From assembly GCA_041659205.1 (NCBI GenBank), contig JBAZYS010000002.1, forward strand, positions 87,806 to 151,805: a DNA stretch of 64,000 nt. Direction: 5' to 3'. The notes beneath the pieces were generated by a model. The model was not told where the DNA came from and did no database searches. It saw only the letters and a list, made by a program, of their open reading frames with translations. Positions 54,337-63,065 of this stretch are shown here, in pieces; position 1 is the first letter of the stretch; every line of letters begins with the position of its first letter. The position numbers and the translations under genes were made by a program. The stretch comes from Minisyncoccota bacterium (GTDB taxonomy: Bacteria > Patescibacteriota > Minisyncoccia > Phycocordibacterales > UBA9973).

Positions 54337-55283
54337 TGAAAAAGGTCAAAAAAGAAAAAGTTCCTAAATACGACACTCGCAAAGTACTTTTTGTATGTAA
54401 CGGAAATATTTTTAGAAGTTTTTCAGCAGAGACTTTGTTAAAACACTATCTTAGTAAACATAAAATAAAAGGATGGGAAGTTTTTTCGGCGGGGGTGATA
54501 GCAAAAAAAGAGGCAGTTGATAAAGAAGTCATCGCTGATCTTAAAAGTTTCGGGGTGAAAGATTTAAGACACAAACAACATAAATTAAATAAAAAAATGT
54601 TAAAGGATTTTGATTTGGTTATTGCGGTAGCGCAAGACCAAGTCGATTTTATTAAAAATAAATTTAATTATAACCACACAGTTTTATTTAATGAGCTTGT
54701 AAAAGATGAAAGAAGTTCAATTTTAGATACTGATACAGTAAAAAATTATGAAACTAATCGAAAAGGAGTTGAACGTAAAATAGATGAAACTGTAAAATAT
54801 ATACATGACAGTATACCAAAACTTGTGGATGGAATTAACGAACGAGTGTACCTTTTTTCTGATTTTGCTAAAGGTTTACAAACAAGAAAACATTTTAATG
54901 GTTTTCCTTTTATAAAATTGCACGAAACTCCCAATACCCTCGCTTTCATGTCAGTAAGTATTCCTTCTAAAGAAGATGGCCATATTCTTATTATTCCCAA
55001 GAAGAGATATGTATTTTTCCATGAAATACCGTCAAAAATTTTAAATGAGCTTTTCTTATCACTCCAAAAAATTGGAGGAGTTTTAGAACGAGACCATGGG
55101 GGATACAATGTACTTCTGAATAACGGTAGGGCGGCAGGGCAATATATTTTTCATGCGCATTTTCATCTCTTACCTCGGGATAATAATGATCAGATAAATC
55201 TTAATGGTTGGATAAATAAAAAAATGACTTCCGCACAGTTTGTGGACTTTAATATGAAGCTTAAAGATAAAATAAACTCCTAA
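54336..55283 (+). CDS. fusion protein: N-terminal low-molecular-weight phosphotyrosine phosphatase (CX5R) + C-terminal HIT-family (histidine triad) hydrolase
   Basis: VLFVCNGNIFRS P-loop (C-X5-R) at the N-terminus. HAHFHLLPR histidine triad near the C-terminus. Start moved to ATG 54336 because the ORF-track N-terminal extension overlaps tRNA-His. Confidence 0.7.
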   Translation: MKKVKKEKVPKYDTRKVLFVCNGNIFRSFSAETLLKHYLSKHKIKGWEVFSAGVIAKKEAVDKEVIADLKSFGVKDLRHKQHKLNKKMLKDFDLVIAVAQDQVDFIKNKFNYNHTVLFNELVKDERSSILDTDTVKNYETNRKGVERKIDETVKYIHDSIPKLVDGINERVYLFSDFAKGLQTRKHFNGFPFIKLHETPNTLAFMSVSIPSKEDGHILIIPKKRYVFFHEIPSKILNELFLSLQKIGGVLERDHGGYNVLLNNGRAAGQYIFHAHFHLLPRDNNDQINLNGWINKKMTSAQFVDFNMKLKDKINS

Positions 55284-55288
55284 AATAT

Positions 55289-55696
55289 TTATTGGAGATT
55301 TGTGTTTGGGTGGTTTTCTTCTACCTCTTTATCTATGTGTTCTAGTTTTTTCTCTAGTCTGTTTAGGGTACTCTGTAAGCTCTTGAGCTGCATTTCTTCT
55401 GTCTGGAGTTCCTCCTCTTCTTTTTCTGCTATTTTTTTCTCCCCGACAAGTCCAGAGATAATAAGTTGGTTTCCGATGAAAGAAGATACAAATACACCTG
55501 TGATTATAAGTATTACTACTCCGATGATTACTGAGATGGTTGAACCCATATTCATTTCATCTGCTGTATGCCAAACTCCACGCCAAAATAGAACAACACC
55601 AATACCCCCTATGAATGCATAAAGAATGGGGTAGTGGCTTAATTTCCCTCTTATTTTTCTTTCTAATCTATCAAAAAATTTTAGAATATTTTGCAT
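55289..55696 (-). CDS. hypothetical membrane protein with C-terminal coiled coil
   Basis: Two TM helices followed by EEEEL..LKSLQSTLNRLEKKLEHIDKEVEE heptad-like region. Confidence 0.4.
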   Translation of the reverse strand: MQNILKFFDRLERKIRGKLSHYPILYAFIGGIGVVLFWRGVWHTADEMNMGSTISVIIGVVILIITGVFVSSFIGNQLIISGLVGEKKIAEKEEEELQTEEMQLKSLQSTLNRLEKKLEHIDKEVEENHPNTNLQ

Positions 55697-55750
55697 TTTT
55701 TTATTTTATTATACTTGTCGTAATAATACACTAAGAGTACAATAATTTCC

Positions 55751-56329
55751 ATGATAAGGAATGATCTAAACTTGATTAGAGTTTTGGAAGAAAATGGGGT
55801 CGTGGTGATGCCTACAGATACTTTGTATGGAATAGTGGGTAGGGCACAAGAGGCCTCAGTTGTTAATCGTATTTATGATCTTAAAAAAAGAACATCTCTT
55901 AAGCCTTGTATAATATTAATTGGTGATATAAGTGAGCTTGAAAAATTTTCCATTACTCTTAACAGAGAGCAAAGAAAAATTATAGAAAAATATTGGTCTT
56001 TTAATTTTACTCAAGATAAGACAGAGCCTGTGTCTATCGTCTTAGATTGCCCCAATGATTCATTTGCTTATCTTCACCGGGGAACAAGGACACTCGCTTT
56101 TCGAGTCCCTACGTTTAAACCATTTAGAGAATTCCTATTAAATGTTGGCCCACTCTTAGCGCCTTCAGCAAATCCAGAAGGATTACCTCCAGCCAAGGAT
56201 ATTTTTGAAGCAAAAGACTATTTCGGAGATAAGGTTGATTTATATGTAGATGGGGGGATTATCACAGGCAAGGCTTCAAGGTTAGTTAAATTATATAGAG
56301 ATGGCTCCGAGGCTATTTTGAGGATATAG
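55751..56329 (+). CDS. tsaC: L-threonylcarbamoyladenylate synthase (YrdC/TsaC family, tRNA t6A)
   Basis: VVMPTDTLYGIVG and KPCIILIGD motifs of the YrdC fold. Confidence 0.85.
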   Translation: MIRNDLNLIRVLEENGVVVMPTDTLYGIVGRAQEASVVNRIYDLKKRTSLKPCIILIGDISELEKFSITLNREQRKIIEKYWSFNFTQDKTEPVSIVLDCPNDSFAYLHRGTRTLAFRVPTFKPFREFLLNVGPLLAPSANPEGLPPAKDIFEAKDYFGDKVDLYVDGGIITGKASRLVKLYRDGSEAILRI

Positions 56330-56333
56330 ACTA

Positions 56334-56362
56334 TTGACAATAATGCTTGCTAGGTGTATAAT
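56334..56362 (+). promoter_or_regulatory. perfect sigma-70 consensus promoter TTGACA-17 bp-TATAAT upstream of the GC-rich ORF
   Basis: TTGACA at 56334..56339, 17-nt spacer, TATAAT at 56357..56362. A 7-bp GC hairpin TGACGGC-ACTC-GCCGTCA abuts the ATG at 56418. Confidence 0.7.
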
Positions 56363-56417
56363 ACAGAAGGTATAAATACTAAGTTCCTCAAATCTTTGAC
56401 GGCACTCGCCGTCATCA

Positions 56418-56993
56418 ATGTGGCCAAAAGGCCCAAAAGGAGACCTCGTGTCCGAAAATACTAAGCCGGAAGAACTCGAAGTGATCGAGGAGATCGAAGA
56501 TCTTCTCGTTATCGTGGACAGAAGCAAGGTCAAGCTTCTTCCAGCGACAAAGGGTGTTGAGAAGTTTCACACCCTCGTTGAAGGCGGGCAGATTTGCCTC
56601 AACCCGTCGCAAGTGTGGCCGGAGGAATTTCCGGTCTCGGTGGAGTTCCTGGAAGAGAGCGAAGGGAAAGAAACTCCCGAAGTCCTGATTATCGGCCACC
56701 GGATTGCCGCCGGGTCGGGGACCCTTCCGGAAGTTTTCTCCTTCCAAAAGGAGGTATTCGAGAAGGGCACTCTGGTGGACGAACAGATCATCATGTTCTG
56801 CCGGAAGTTTCCGGATGAGCTGAGGTCGAAGAACCTCTTCCCCATGAAGGAGGGGGAAGAAGAGTTCGTCGTCGTTCTGTATCGGAATGAACAAAACCTG
56901 GTCGTCAAAGAGAAGTATTCACTGAAGGCCCCAAGGTTGTTCACGCCGCAGGATTGCCTGTTGGTTTGGATTTCCTACAAGATCACGACCTAG
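56418..56993 (+). CDS. GC-rich (~52% GC) putative horizontally acquired acidic protein (191 aa), function unknown
   Basis: Long ATG ORF in a compositionally foreign ~650-bp island. Own consensus promoter upstream and two hairpins downstream (ACGACCTAG-TCTC-CTAGGTCGT overlapping the stop, then a terminator). Confidence 0.55.
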   Translation: MWPKGPKGDLVSENTKPEELEVIEEIEDLLVIVDRSKVKLLPATKGVEKFHTLVEGGQICLNPSQVWPEEFPVSVEFLEESEGKETPEVLIIGHRIAAGSGTLPEVFSFQKEVFEKGTLVDEQIIMFCRKFPDELRSKNLFPMKEGEEEFVVVLYRNEQNLVVKEKYSLKAPRLFTPQDCLLVWISYKITT

Positions 56994-57030
56994 TCTCTAG
57001 GTCGTTTCATCAAAAACCGTTTTCTCAAGG

Positions 57031-57059
57031 AAAAAACCACCCTGAGGAGGCGGTTTTTT
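57031..57059 (+). terminator. rho-independent terminator (A6-CCACC-CTGAGGAG-GCGG-T6)
   Basis: Stem-loop flanked by A6 and T6. Confidence 0.6.
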
Positions 57060-57092
57060 CTTTTTATATTAAAACTTTTATACTCCTCCTTC

Positions 57093-58481
57093 TTGTGTCA
57101 TACTAAAAGGATGAAAAAAGGGATTTTAGAAAAACTTTTTAGCGCTCCTGCAGAAATACTAGAAAAGAGTGTAGAAGTCGGGCGCGGGATAGAAACAGGT
57201 ATCGCAAATGAAAAACCAGTAAAAGCTGCTATAGACTATTGGAAGAAATTGGGCCCAGGGCTAATCACAGGGGCGGCAGATGATGATCCTTCTGGGATTG
57301 CTACTTATTCTCAAATGGGTGCATCTCAAGGTTTCGGACTTATTTGGTTGTCACTTTTTTCTTTTCCTCTCATGGCGACGATTCAGGAAATGTGTGCTCG
57401 CATCGGACTCGCTACTGGAGTCGGACTCGCTGCAAACATTAGAAAATATTATTCCAAAAAACTTCTTTATTTATGTACAGCACTTTTGCTTTTCGCAAAT
57501 GTTTTCAACATTGGAGCAGACTTGGGTGCGATGGCGAAAGGAACTCAACTCATATTTCCGGCCTTAAATTTTATTTTTCTAATTTTTATTTTTGCAATAG
57601 TTTCTTTATTTCTCCAGATTTTTATTTCTTATAAGAAATATGCCAAATATTTAAAGTATCTTACTTTTGTTCTTTTTGCTTATGTTATTTCTGCTTTTTC
57701 AGTGAAAATAAATTGGGGGGAAGTTTTTCAAAACACCGTCATTCCTAGTTTTCATTTTTCTAAGGACATAATCATACTTATCACTGCGGCCCTCGGGACT
57801 ACCATCAGTCCATATTTATTTTTCTGGCAATCTTCCCAAGAAGTCGAGGAGCAAATTTTACATGGAGAAAAAACGGAGGCTATTCGTCGGGCGAGTACTA
57901 CCGGGGTAGATATAAAAAATATGCGAATTGATGTCTGGTCAGGGATGTTTGTTTCGAATATGATAATGTTTTTTATTATCGCAGCTTGTGCTGCGACGCT
58001 GTTTTCAAATGGAATTACGAACATTGCGACTGCTTCTGATGCCGCCCTGGCCCTTCGTCCTTTTGCTGGGAATTTTGCTTTTGTTCTTTTCGCTTTAGGT
58101 ATTTTGGGTACTGGACTGCTCGCTATACCTGTACTCGCTGGTTCGGCATCATATGCGATCTCAGAATCTTTCGGTTGGAAGACGGGGCTTTATCGAAAAC
58201 TAAAACAGGCTACGAGCTTTTATGGGATTATAATCATTGCAATGGCCCTCGGAATAATATTAAATTTTGTCGGTCTAGACCCAATCAAAGCACTTATTTA
58301 TTCAGCTGTTTTGAACGGTATTATCTCTCCATTTATGATTTTTTTCATTGTTCATTTAAGTGGAGATGAAAGTGTTATGGGTAATTTTAAAAACAAGAAA
58401 ACGGGTAATATTTTTGGGTGGATAACTTTCGTTTTGATTTCACTTGTTAGTATTGGGGCACTTATCTCTATCTTTTTATAA
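57093..58481 (+). CDS. NRAMP-family divalent metal cation transporter (MntH-like)
   Basis: GPGLITGAADDDPSGIATYSQ matches the NRAMP GPG...DPGN consensus region. About 11 TM helices. The true start may be the internal Met (MKKGILEKLF). Confidence 0.75.
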   Translation: MCHTKRMKKGILEKLFSAPAEILEKSVEVGRGIETGIANEKPVKAAIDYWKKLGPGLITGAADDDPSGIATYSQMGASQGFGLIWLSLFSFPLMATIQEMCARIGLATGVGLAANIRKYYSKKLLYLCTALLLFANVFNIGADLGAMAKGTQLIFPALNFIFLIFIFAIVSLFLQIFISYKKYAKYLKYLTFVLFAYVISAFSVKINWGEVFQNTVIPSFHFSKDIIILITAALGTTISPYLFFWQSSQEVEEQILHGEKTEAIRRASTTGVDIKNMRIDVWSGMFVSNMIMFFIIAACAATLFSNGITNIATASDAALALRPFAGNFAFVLFALGILGTGLLAIPVLAGSASYAISESFGWKTGLYRKLKQATSFYGIIIIAMALGIILNFVGLDPIKALIYSAVLNGIISPFMIFFIVHLSGDESVMGNFKNKKTGNIFGWITFVLISLVSIGALISIFL

Positions 58482-58482
58482 A

Positions 58483-59562
58483 ATGCAGATACAAGAAAAT
58501 TACAATTTAGCTAAATTAAATACTTTCGGCATAAATGCAGTTTCTAAATTTTTTGCAGAGATAAATTCCGAAGAGGAATTAAAAGAACTTTTTACTAATT
58601 CTGTGTTTGTAGAAAATAAGAAATTTTTCTTAGGAGGTGGAAGTAACATTCTATTCGTTAAAGATTTTGATGGGATTGTTGTTAAAATTTCAATGCGTGG
58701 GAAGAAAGTTTTAGAAGAAAATGAAAAAAGTGTTTTGCTTGAGGTTTGCGCAGGAGAGAACTGGCATGATTTAGTCACCTATGCTGTCGACAACAACTGG
58801 GGCGGTATAGAAAATCTTGCTTTTATCCCTGGGACCATGGGAGCAGCCCCCGTACAGAACATTGCCGCTTATGGAGAAAATTTTTCAGATGTTTTTGAAT
58901 ATCTTGAGGCATTTAATATTGAAACAGGGAAGATTGAAAAATTTAATAAAATAGAATGTAATTTTGGTTATCGGGATAGTATTTTTAAAAAGGAATTGAA
59001 GGGTAAATATATAATATTAAAAGTTGTAATTCGACTTTCAAAAAATCCTCAAATTGAAACTTCTTATTATCAGATTGGTATAGTTCGTGATTCTATAAAA
59101 GAAGAATTACAAAAAATAGCAACACCACCTTTTACTATTAAAGACGTGTATCAAGCAGTAGTAAATATTCGAAAAAGAAAACTTCCAGACCCAGCAAAGA
59201 TGCCTACCGTCGGTAGTTTTTTCTTAAATTCAGTTGTGAGTAAAGAAAAATATGAAGAATTAAAAAGAGAAGTAACAGAATTGCAGTGTTATCCTGTTGA
59301 CCATTTACACTATGAAAATCTAAGCAGCCCTGAGTTGCAAAAAGAAGATTTTGTAAAAGTTGCTACGGGGAGGCTTTTGCAAGAGTTGGGATGGCTCGGA
59401 AAATGGATAGGAAACGTGGGGATACACGACAAGCACGCATTAATAATTGTAACCAATGGTAAAGCTACAGGGGAGGAAGTAGTAGATTTTGCAGAAACAG
59501 TTAAAAAAAGCTATTTCGATCGTTATGGAATAAAACTAGAAACTGAAGTGAATTTGATTTAG
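58483..59562 (+). CDS. murB: UDP-N-acetylenolpyruvoylglucosamine reductase
   Basis: NTFGINAVSKFFAEINSEEEL...FLGGGSNILF FAD-binding N-terminus typical of MurB. Start set to ATG 58483 (MQIQENY). Confidence 0.8.
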   Translation: MQIQENYNLAKLNTFGINAVSKFFAEINSEEELKELFTNSVFVENKKFFLGGGSNILFVKDFDGIVVKISMRGKKVLEENEKSVLLEVCAGENWHDLVTYAVDNNWGGIENLAFIPGTMGAAPVQNIAAYGENFSDVFEYLEAFNIETGKIEKFNKIECNFGYRDSIFKKELKGKYIILKVVIRLSKNPQIETSYYQIGIVRDSIKEELQKIATPPFTIKDVYQAVVNIRKRKLPDPAKMPTVGSFFLNSVVSKEKYEELKREVTELQCYPVDHLHYENLSSPELQKEDFVKVATGRLLQELGWLGKWIGNVGIHDKHALIIVTNGKATGEEVVDFAETVKKSYFDRYGIKLETEVNLI

Positions 59563-59660
59563 AGCTTTTTATTGCTATAATGAGTTTATTATAAGTATTA
59601 AATAACCAAGCACCGCGCCACAACGGACGGTCGCACGGCGTGATTTTGTAAAATCAAATT

Positions 59661-60152
59661 ATGGAAAATAAAAAAAGTATGAATATAGTTTTAGCAGTTG
59701 TAATAGTCTTAGCACTGGTGGGAGTTTTAGTTTTTATTAGCATAAAGAATAAAGCAAATATGGCTTCAAATAATGTAGTAAACAATGTTCCTAGTGATAC
59801 AGTAGGAGGAGAAAACGTAGCACCAAGTGACAACAATGTTGTTGCCCCTTCAGCAAAAGTTGCTAAGGTGGGAGATACTGTTGCGATGAATTACACTGGG
59901 CGATTAGAAAATGGCACGGTTTTTGATTCAAACGTAGATCCTAAATTCAAACACGTAGAACCTTTCGTCTTTAATTTGGGAGCTGGTCAAGTAATTGCTG
60001 GCTGGGATAAAGGAATCGTGGGGATGAAAGTCGGGGAAAAGAAAACTCTTACAATATTACCAGCTGATGGTTATGGAGCAGCTGGAGCTGGTGGAGTTAT
60101 CCCTCCTAATGCGACATTAATATTTGAGGTTCAATTATTAGGAATTAAATAA
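59661..60152 (+). CDS. FKBP-type peptidyl-prolyl cis-trans isomerase (membrane-anchored)
   Basis: N-terminal TM. FKBP domain GDTVAMNYTGRLENGTVFDSN...GAGQVIAGWDKGIVGMKVGEKKTLTILPADGYG. Confidence 0.85.
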   Translation: MENKKSMNIVLAVVIVLALVGVLVFISIKNKANMASNNVVNNVPSDTVGGENVAPSDNNVVAPSAKVAKVGDTVAMNYTGRLENGTVFDSNVDPKFKHVEPFVFNLGAGQVIAGWDKGIVGMKVGEKKTLTILPADGYGAAGAGGVIPPNATLIFEVQLLGIK

Positions 60153-60194
60153 TCCCAGTAGTAGAGCGAAGCTCACTACAGGACAAGCAATATT

Positions 60195-60998
60195 ATGATT
60201 GAAATATCAACAAATGAAAAATCTAAGTTAGTGAAATTGATCTTCGGGTTTTTGGTTATAGTGTCTTTATACTTTCTAGTAAAGACATTTTCTGAAGTTA
60301 AAAATTATAACAATATGCCAGGTGGTTCTATTGCTTTAAACACCATTTCTTTTGAAGGAAAGGGTGAAGTAAGTGCAGCCCCTGACCTCGCGACTGTAAG
60401 TTTTACAATTCGTGAAAATACTAAAGAAGTAAAAGATGCTCAAGATAAAGTAACCGCAAAGGAGTCTGTCGTATTAGCTTTTCTAGATAAATCTGGGATT
60501 GCAAAGAAAGACATAAAAACAGAAAGCTATAACACTTATCCAAAATATGATTACGGAAGACCTTGTTATGGAGGGTATGGAATGCCTTGCCCACAAGCAG
60601 AACCAAAAATAATTGGTTACGAAGTTTCAGAATATATTTCTGTAAAAATTCATGACCTTACTAAAGCTGGGGAAGTAGTGAAGGGAATTACTGCTGTTGG
60701 AATTACTGAAATGAGTGGTCCTTCTTTTTCAATTGAAAAAGAAGATGATTTAAAGAATCAGGCCCGTAAGATAGCCATAGATGAGGCAAAAGCAAAAGCG
60801 GAAGCCCTTTCTAAAGATCTCGGTGTGCATTTAGTTAGAATTGTAAATTTCTCTGAAAATGGAAATTATCCAATGCCTATGTATGCAAAGGGGATGATGG
60901 CGGACAGTGTATCAAGTGCTCCTTCTCCTACACCAGAACTTCCTACTGGAGAAAACAAAATCACTTCAAATGTCACAATAACCTACGAAATAAGGTAA
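60195..60998 (+). CDS. SIMPL-domain (DUF541) protein, membrane-anchored
   Basis: N-terminal TM. SIMPL fold signature regions (VSFTIRENTKEVKDAQDKV..., KIAIDEAKAKAEALSKDLGV). Confidence 0.7.
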   Translation: MIEISTNEKSKLVKLIFGFLVIVSLYFLVKTFSEVKNYNNMPGGSIALNTISFEGKGEVSAAPDLATVSFTIRENTKEVKDAQDKVTAKESVVLAFLDKSGIAKKDIKTESYNTYPKYDYGRPCYGGYGMPCPQAEPKIIGYEVSEYISVKIHDLTKAGEVVKGITAVGITEMSGPSFSIEKEDDLKNQARKIAIDEAKAKAEALSKDLGVHLVRIVNFSENGNYPMPMYAKGMMADSVSSAPSPTPELPTGENKITSNVTITYEIR

Positions 60999-61032
60999 AT
61001 TGACTTTTTAGAAAAAAAGAGTACTATTAAAA

Positions 61033-61056
61033 GAGCCCTTGAAAGGGGGCTTTTTT
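61033..61056 (+). terminator. rho-independent terminator after the SIMPL gene (AGCCC-TTGAAAG-GGGGCT + T6)
   Basis: GC stem followed by TTTTTT. Confidence 0.7.
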
Positions 61057-61125
61057 AAAAGGTTTAATAAAAAGTGTCGCATTTTAGTGAAGGGTTGTGC
61101 GATGTCTTTCGCAAAATAAAAAATT

Positions 61126-61311
61126 ATGTCAAAAATTACCCAATATTTCGAAGAAACAAAGACGGAATTGAAGCATGTTATTTGGCCATCAAGGAGCCAG
61201 ACTTTGTACTATACGGCAATAGTTATTCTTTTATCTATTGTAATATCATATTATTTAGGTATTTTTGATTTTATTTTTTCTTTGGTCTTACAGAAAATAA
61301 TTCATATCTAA
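61126..61311 (+). CDS. secE: preprotein translocase subunit SecE
   Basis: 61 aa. KTELKHVIWPSRSQTLYYTAIVILLSIV single TM. Upstream of nusG-rplK as in the conserved operon. Confidence 0.85.
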   Translation: MSKITQYFEETKTELKHVIWPSRSQTLYYTAIVILLSIVISYYLGIFDFIFSLVLQKIIHI

Positions 61312-61324
61312 AGTTTTAAAATTT

Positions 61325-61870
61325 ATGTCAAAACAAGAAACACAAGGGGTAAGAAATTGGTATGCGATACACACTTATGCAGGATATGAGAACGTTGTTC
61401 TTCGTAATTTGAAACAGCGCATAGACTCTCTTGGAATGAACGATAAGATTTTTAATGTTATTGTTCCTGTTGAAAAGAAAATAAAAATTAAAGCTGGAAA
61501 AAGAGCAGAAGTAGAAGAAAAGATTTATCCAGGTTATGTATTGGTAGATATGATTGTGACAGACGATTCCTGGTATGTTGTCCGTAATACTCCACGTGTG
61601 ACTGGATTCGTTGGTGCTGGAGTAAATCCTGTTCCACTTAAAAAAGAAGAAGTAGACTTCCTCTTCAAGAAGATGGACTCTGGAACCCTTAAACATAATA
61701 TTGATATGACCGTCGGAGAGACAGTTCGGATCAATGATGGTCCATTTAAAGACTTAGAAGGTAAAGTAAGTTCAGTAGATCAGGATCGTGGTAAGGTAAA
61801 AGTTCTAGTTTCAATGTTCGGTCGTGAAACTCCAGTTGAACTCGATTTCTTGCAAATTAAGAAAATTTAA
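61325..61870 (+). CDS. nusG: transcription termination/antitermination factor NusG
   Basis: NGN domain (WYAIHTYAGYENVV) and C-terminal KOW (GETVRINDGPFKDLEGKV). Confidence 0.9.
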   Translation: MSKQETQGVRNWYAIHTYAGYENVVLRNLKQRIDSLGMNDKIFNVIVPVEKKIKIKAGKRAEVEEKIYPGYVLVDMIVTDDSWYVVRNTPRVTGFVGAGVNPVPLKKEEVDFLFKKMDSGTLKHNIDMTVGETVRINDGPFKDLEGKVSSVDQDRGKVKVLVSMFGRETPVELDFLQIKKI

Positions 61871-61958
61871 GGAGCAGAGCGACTATAAATTTCTGTATGC
61901 TGACTCGTCGGCGAAGAAAATTGCAATTATAAGTATTCTATAGTAATCTAAAAAAAGT

Positions 61959-62381
61959 ATGGCAAAGAAAATAACTAAAAAAATTAAATTACAAATCCAG
62001 GCCGCAAAGGCAACCCCTGCGCCCCCTTTAGGGCCCGCACTCGGTCAAGCTGGTATTAACATTGGTGATTTCGTTACTAAGTTTAACGCTGCAACAGCTA
62101 AGATGGCTGGAGACAAAGTTGGAGTTTCTATCACTGTTTACGAAGACCGAAGTTATGATTTCGTTATTAAGACTCCTCCCGTTACAGGACTTATCCTTAA
62201 AGCAGCTGGTATAGAGAAAGGTTCAGGTAAAAACGCTTCTACAAAAGTTGGTAAAATAACTAAAGCTCAGGCTCTAGAAATTGCTAACAAGAAACGCGCA
62301 GACTTGAATGCCAAGGACGACCAAGGTGCGATCAACATCGTCGCCGGCTCCGCTCGAAGCATGGGGGTAGAAGTAATATAA
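61959..62381 (+). CDS. rplK: 50S ribosomal protein L11
   Basis: [35 protein letters not shown] is the canonical L11 N-terminus. Confidence 0.95.
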   Translation: MAKKITKKIKLQIQAAKATPAPPLGPALGQAGINIGDFVTKFNAATAKMAGDKVGVSITVYEDRSYDFVIKTPPVTGLILKAAGIEKGSGKNASTKVGKITKAQALEIANKKRADLNAKDDQGAINIVAGSARSMGVEVI

Positions 62382-62473
62382 ATTACTTATACCGGCCGGA
62401 GCCCGACGGGGCGAGGCGTGCCCAGACAATTTTTCAGTAGAAAAATATGTGTGGGTAGAAGTAATATAAATTA
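62366..62473 (+). mobile_element. GC-rich miniature repeat family 2, copy 3: a 68-bp insert flanked by 20-bp direct repeats GGTAGAAGTAATATAAATTA (target-site-duplication-like) that include the rplK stop
   Basis: DR1 at 62366..62385 covers rplK codons GVEVI*. The insert 62386..62453 is CTTATACCGGCCGGAGCCCGACGGGGCGAGGCGTGCCCAGACAATTTTTCAGTAGAAAAATATGTGTG. DR2 is at 62454..62473. Confidence 0.7.
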
Positions 62474-62501
62474 GTAATATAAATTAATTTTTACACTAAA
62501 A

Positions 62502-62529
62502 AGCCAACGGTCCGACCGTTGGCTTTTTT
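62502..62529 (+). terminator. rho-independent terminator after rplK (AGCCAACGG-TCCGA-CCGTTGGCT + T6)
   Basis: Perfect 9-bp stem followed by TTTTTT. Confidence 0.85.
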
Positions 62530-62554
62530 CGTTTTCAGGGAGTATATTTAAGAG

Positions 62555-63061
62555 GTGAAAAAATTTAAAGATAAAAATATTAAACACAAAAGACCCAGCT
62601 GGGACGAGTATTTTATTGGAATGGCGGACTATGTGGGGACTAGGGGGACTTGTGATAGAGGGAAGAGTGGCTGCATAATCGTTAAAGACAAAAGAGTCAT
62701 TTCTACTGGTTACGTCGGTTCACCTCCTGGGTTACCTCATTGTGACGATGTAGGCCACGAAATGCATACTGTCGTAAATGAAGATGGGTCAAAGTCGCAA
62801 CACTGCATTAGAACTGCGCACGCAGAACAAAATGCTATTTCTCAAGCAGCTAGATTTGGAATTGCTGTAGACGGAAGTATTTTATATTGTCGTATGACAC
62901 CTTGTTATTCTTGTGCAAAAAGTATAATCACTGCAGGGATAAAAAGAGTAGTAGCCGAGAGAGATTATCATGCATCCAAGAGAAGTAAAGAAATTTTTAA
63001 AAAAGCCGGACTAAAATTAGAAATTATAAATAAAGAAGTGCAAAAATATTCTAAGCAATAA
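62555..63061 (+). CDS. dCMP deaminase (ComEB/cytidine-deaminase-like zinc enzyme)
   Basis: HAEQNAI (zinc His and catalytic Glu) and PCYSCAKSI (zinc Cys pair). 168 aa. Confidence 0.85.
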   Translation: MKKFKDKNIKHKRPSWDEYFIGMADYVGTRGTCDRGKSGCIIVKDKRVISTGYVGSPPGLPHCDDVGHEMHTVVNEDGSKSQHCIRTAHAEQNAISQAARFGIAVDGSILYCRMTPCYSCAKSIITAGIKRVVAERDYHASKRSKEIFKKAGLKLEIINKEVQKYSKQ

Positions 63062-63065
63062 TTTT

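Noticed and set aside
56415-56944. Minus-strand ORFs 56415..56894 and 56567..56944 inside the second GC-rich island
   Set aside because: They are alternative-frame products of GC-rich DNA. The plus-strand ORF is longer, has a consensus promoter immediately upstream and a terminator downstream. The minus-strand alternatives cannot be fully excluded without homology data.
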